A stretch of 64,000 bases of DNA from Negaprion brevirostris (taxonomy: Eukaryota). The position numbers and the translations under genes are program-made. The notes under the pieces were generated by a model. That model was not told the DNA's origin. It ran no database searches and was given only the letters and a program-made list of their open reading frames with translations. Below are positions 62,291 through 64,000 of this stretch, in pieces (positions within the stretch are counted from its first letter, which is position 1; each line of letters opens with the position of its first letter). The stretch covers positions 66,534,401 through 66,598,400 of the forward strand of contig JARDVH010000042.1 in the NCBI GenBank assembly GCA_030324005.1, in the 5' to 3' direction.

Positions 62291-63152
62291 TGAGAAGATA
62301 TTGGAACTGACTCGCACTTAGACAGAGTTTGTGCAGATGNNNNNNNNNNNNNNNNNNNNNNNNNNNNNNNNNNNNNNNNNNNNNNNNNNNNNNNNNNNNN
62401 NNNNNNNNNNNNNNNNNNNNNNNNNNNNNNNNNNNNNNNNNNNNNNNNNNNNNNNNNNNNNNNNNNNNNNNNNNNNNNNNNNAAATAGTCTCCTTCTGGT
62501 GCTGTACTATTCAATGATTCCAGGGTCACCTAATATATGTCTATTACTAGTTTACCAGTGACTCAGCCACACATTCAAATTGGACACTGGCCCTTGCCCT
62601 TATGCATTGGAAATCATTATGCTTGTTTCATGCTTAGATAACTAGTATAATATGTTGAATTTAGGCCCCAATAGCTCAATCCTATTTAATATGCAACACT
62701 GTCCCTGTCAATAGTTACTTCAAACAGTGATGTTTACCTACTTTTATTATTACAAGGCAACAGCTTGTTGAGGTTCAAAGTACACCCAGGCAAAAACTTG
62801 CTAGTAGTCAAACTTTTAATACAGGGTTCAACTTCAATTTCATCATTAATATGAGGACTTGCATCAAACAAGAAACACTTTCTCTTTCTGCATTATGTCT
62901 GGTAATGAAGCTGACAGTATTAAATGACGGATTCTAAACTCACAACTACATTCAACTGTATAAATATTTACTTTAGTGAGAAAATTATTTACTTAAAACT
63001 GATACTTCTGATTCCCGGCTCNNNNNNNNNNNNNNNNNNNNNNNNNNNNNNNNNNNNNNNNNNNNNNNNNNNNNNNNNNNNNNNNNNNNNNNNNNNNNNN
63101 NNNNNNNNNNNNNNNNNNNNNNNNNNNNNNNNNNNNNNNNNNNNNNNNNNNN

Positions 63153-63303
63153 TGCCCCTTAGTGTCCAGGGATGCAACGGTTAGAGGGGATTAGTAGGTA
63201 TAATATGTGGGGATATGGGGTAGGACCTGGGTGGGATTGTGTTCAGTGCAGACTCGATGGGCCGAAGGGCCTCTTTCTGCACTGCAGGGTTCTATGATTC
63301 TGA
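63153..63303 (+). mobile_element. HE1 SINE 3' half (head in the gap)
   Basis: TGCCCCTTAGTGTCC...GGGTGGGATTGTG...GACTCGATGGGCCGAAGGGCCTCTTTCTGCACTGCAGGGTTCTATGATTCT. Confidence 0.88.
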
Positions 63304-63440
63304 TCCCCAAGCAGTACTTCAAATTTTATTTATTTGTCTTCTTACTAAGATTCAAAATAATTGCCTAAACATTTTTGAGGAATATACTTTATTTGATACT
63401 GTTCATGTTTGCCTACCCAAAAAATCTAATTAATCTAAAG

Positions 63441-63757
63441 GAATCATAGAATCCCTACTGTGTAGAAGGAGGCCATTTGGCCCATTGAGTCTGTAACAAC
63501 CACAGTCCCAACCAGGCTCATAACCCCACATATTTACCTTGCCAATTCCCCTGACACTAAAGGTCAATTTAGCATGGCCAATTAACCCAACCTGCACATT
63601 TTTGGGCTGTGGAAGGAAACCGGAGTACCCCGAAGAAACCCGCGGAGATTTGGGGAGAAAATGCAAACTCCACACAGACAATGACCCGAGGCCAGAAATG
63701 AACCCAGGTTCCTGGCACTCAGGTGGCAGTGCTAACCATTCTGCCACCATGCTGCCC
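63441..63757 (-). mobile_element. HE1 SINE, full length
   Basis: GAATCATAGAATCCCTAC...TTTAGCATGGCCAATTAACC...GCAAACTCCACACAGAC...GCTAACCATTCTGCCACCATGCTGCCC. Confidence 0.9.
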
Positions 63758-64000
63758 CAAGCACAATACAAACAGCAATAATTGACAATCTGCATGTAAA
63801 TTTGATAGGTTTGTCACCTCCAAAAAGCTATTAGTTATCAAGAAATACAAGTATCAAAAATAATGCCATAAATCACTATTTTCCAGTAAAAAAAAAAGTC
63901 TGGTACTGTCCACTTGCTTCCACTGAAATGAAGGTAGTGGCACCTGCAAAACTGGAGTCCCACAACTCATAGTGCTTCCCAACTTCAGTGTATAACCTGT

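Overview
Repeat-dense eukaryotic genomic DNA, almost certainly from a shark. HE1/V-SINEs, HER1/CR1 LINE tails and DeuSINE-like cores are abundant, and the SINE tail variants suggest a carcharhiniform (inference). No intact long ORF is present and I could not identify a host gene; the window reads as intronic or intergenic, with a few weak candidate micro-exons. It is a mosaic of decayed mobile elements: CR1, L2, RTE, Rex1/Babar and Vingi-like LINEs; Gypsy fragments; a GalEa-type Ty1/copia with a nested RTE LINE; PIF/Harbinger MITEs plus a Myb/SANT gene relic; a hAT-Charlie relic; and Penelope-derived repeats carrying decayed minimal hammerhead-ribozyme cores. Other notable structures are a ~190-bp local inverted duplication, a 71-bp AT-rich palindrome and a chimeric SINE. 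Many 100-N gaps are assembly placeholders. All calls come from reading and manually translating the sequence, without database searches. Boundaries are approximate unless a TIR or TSD is quoted.
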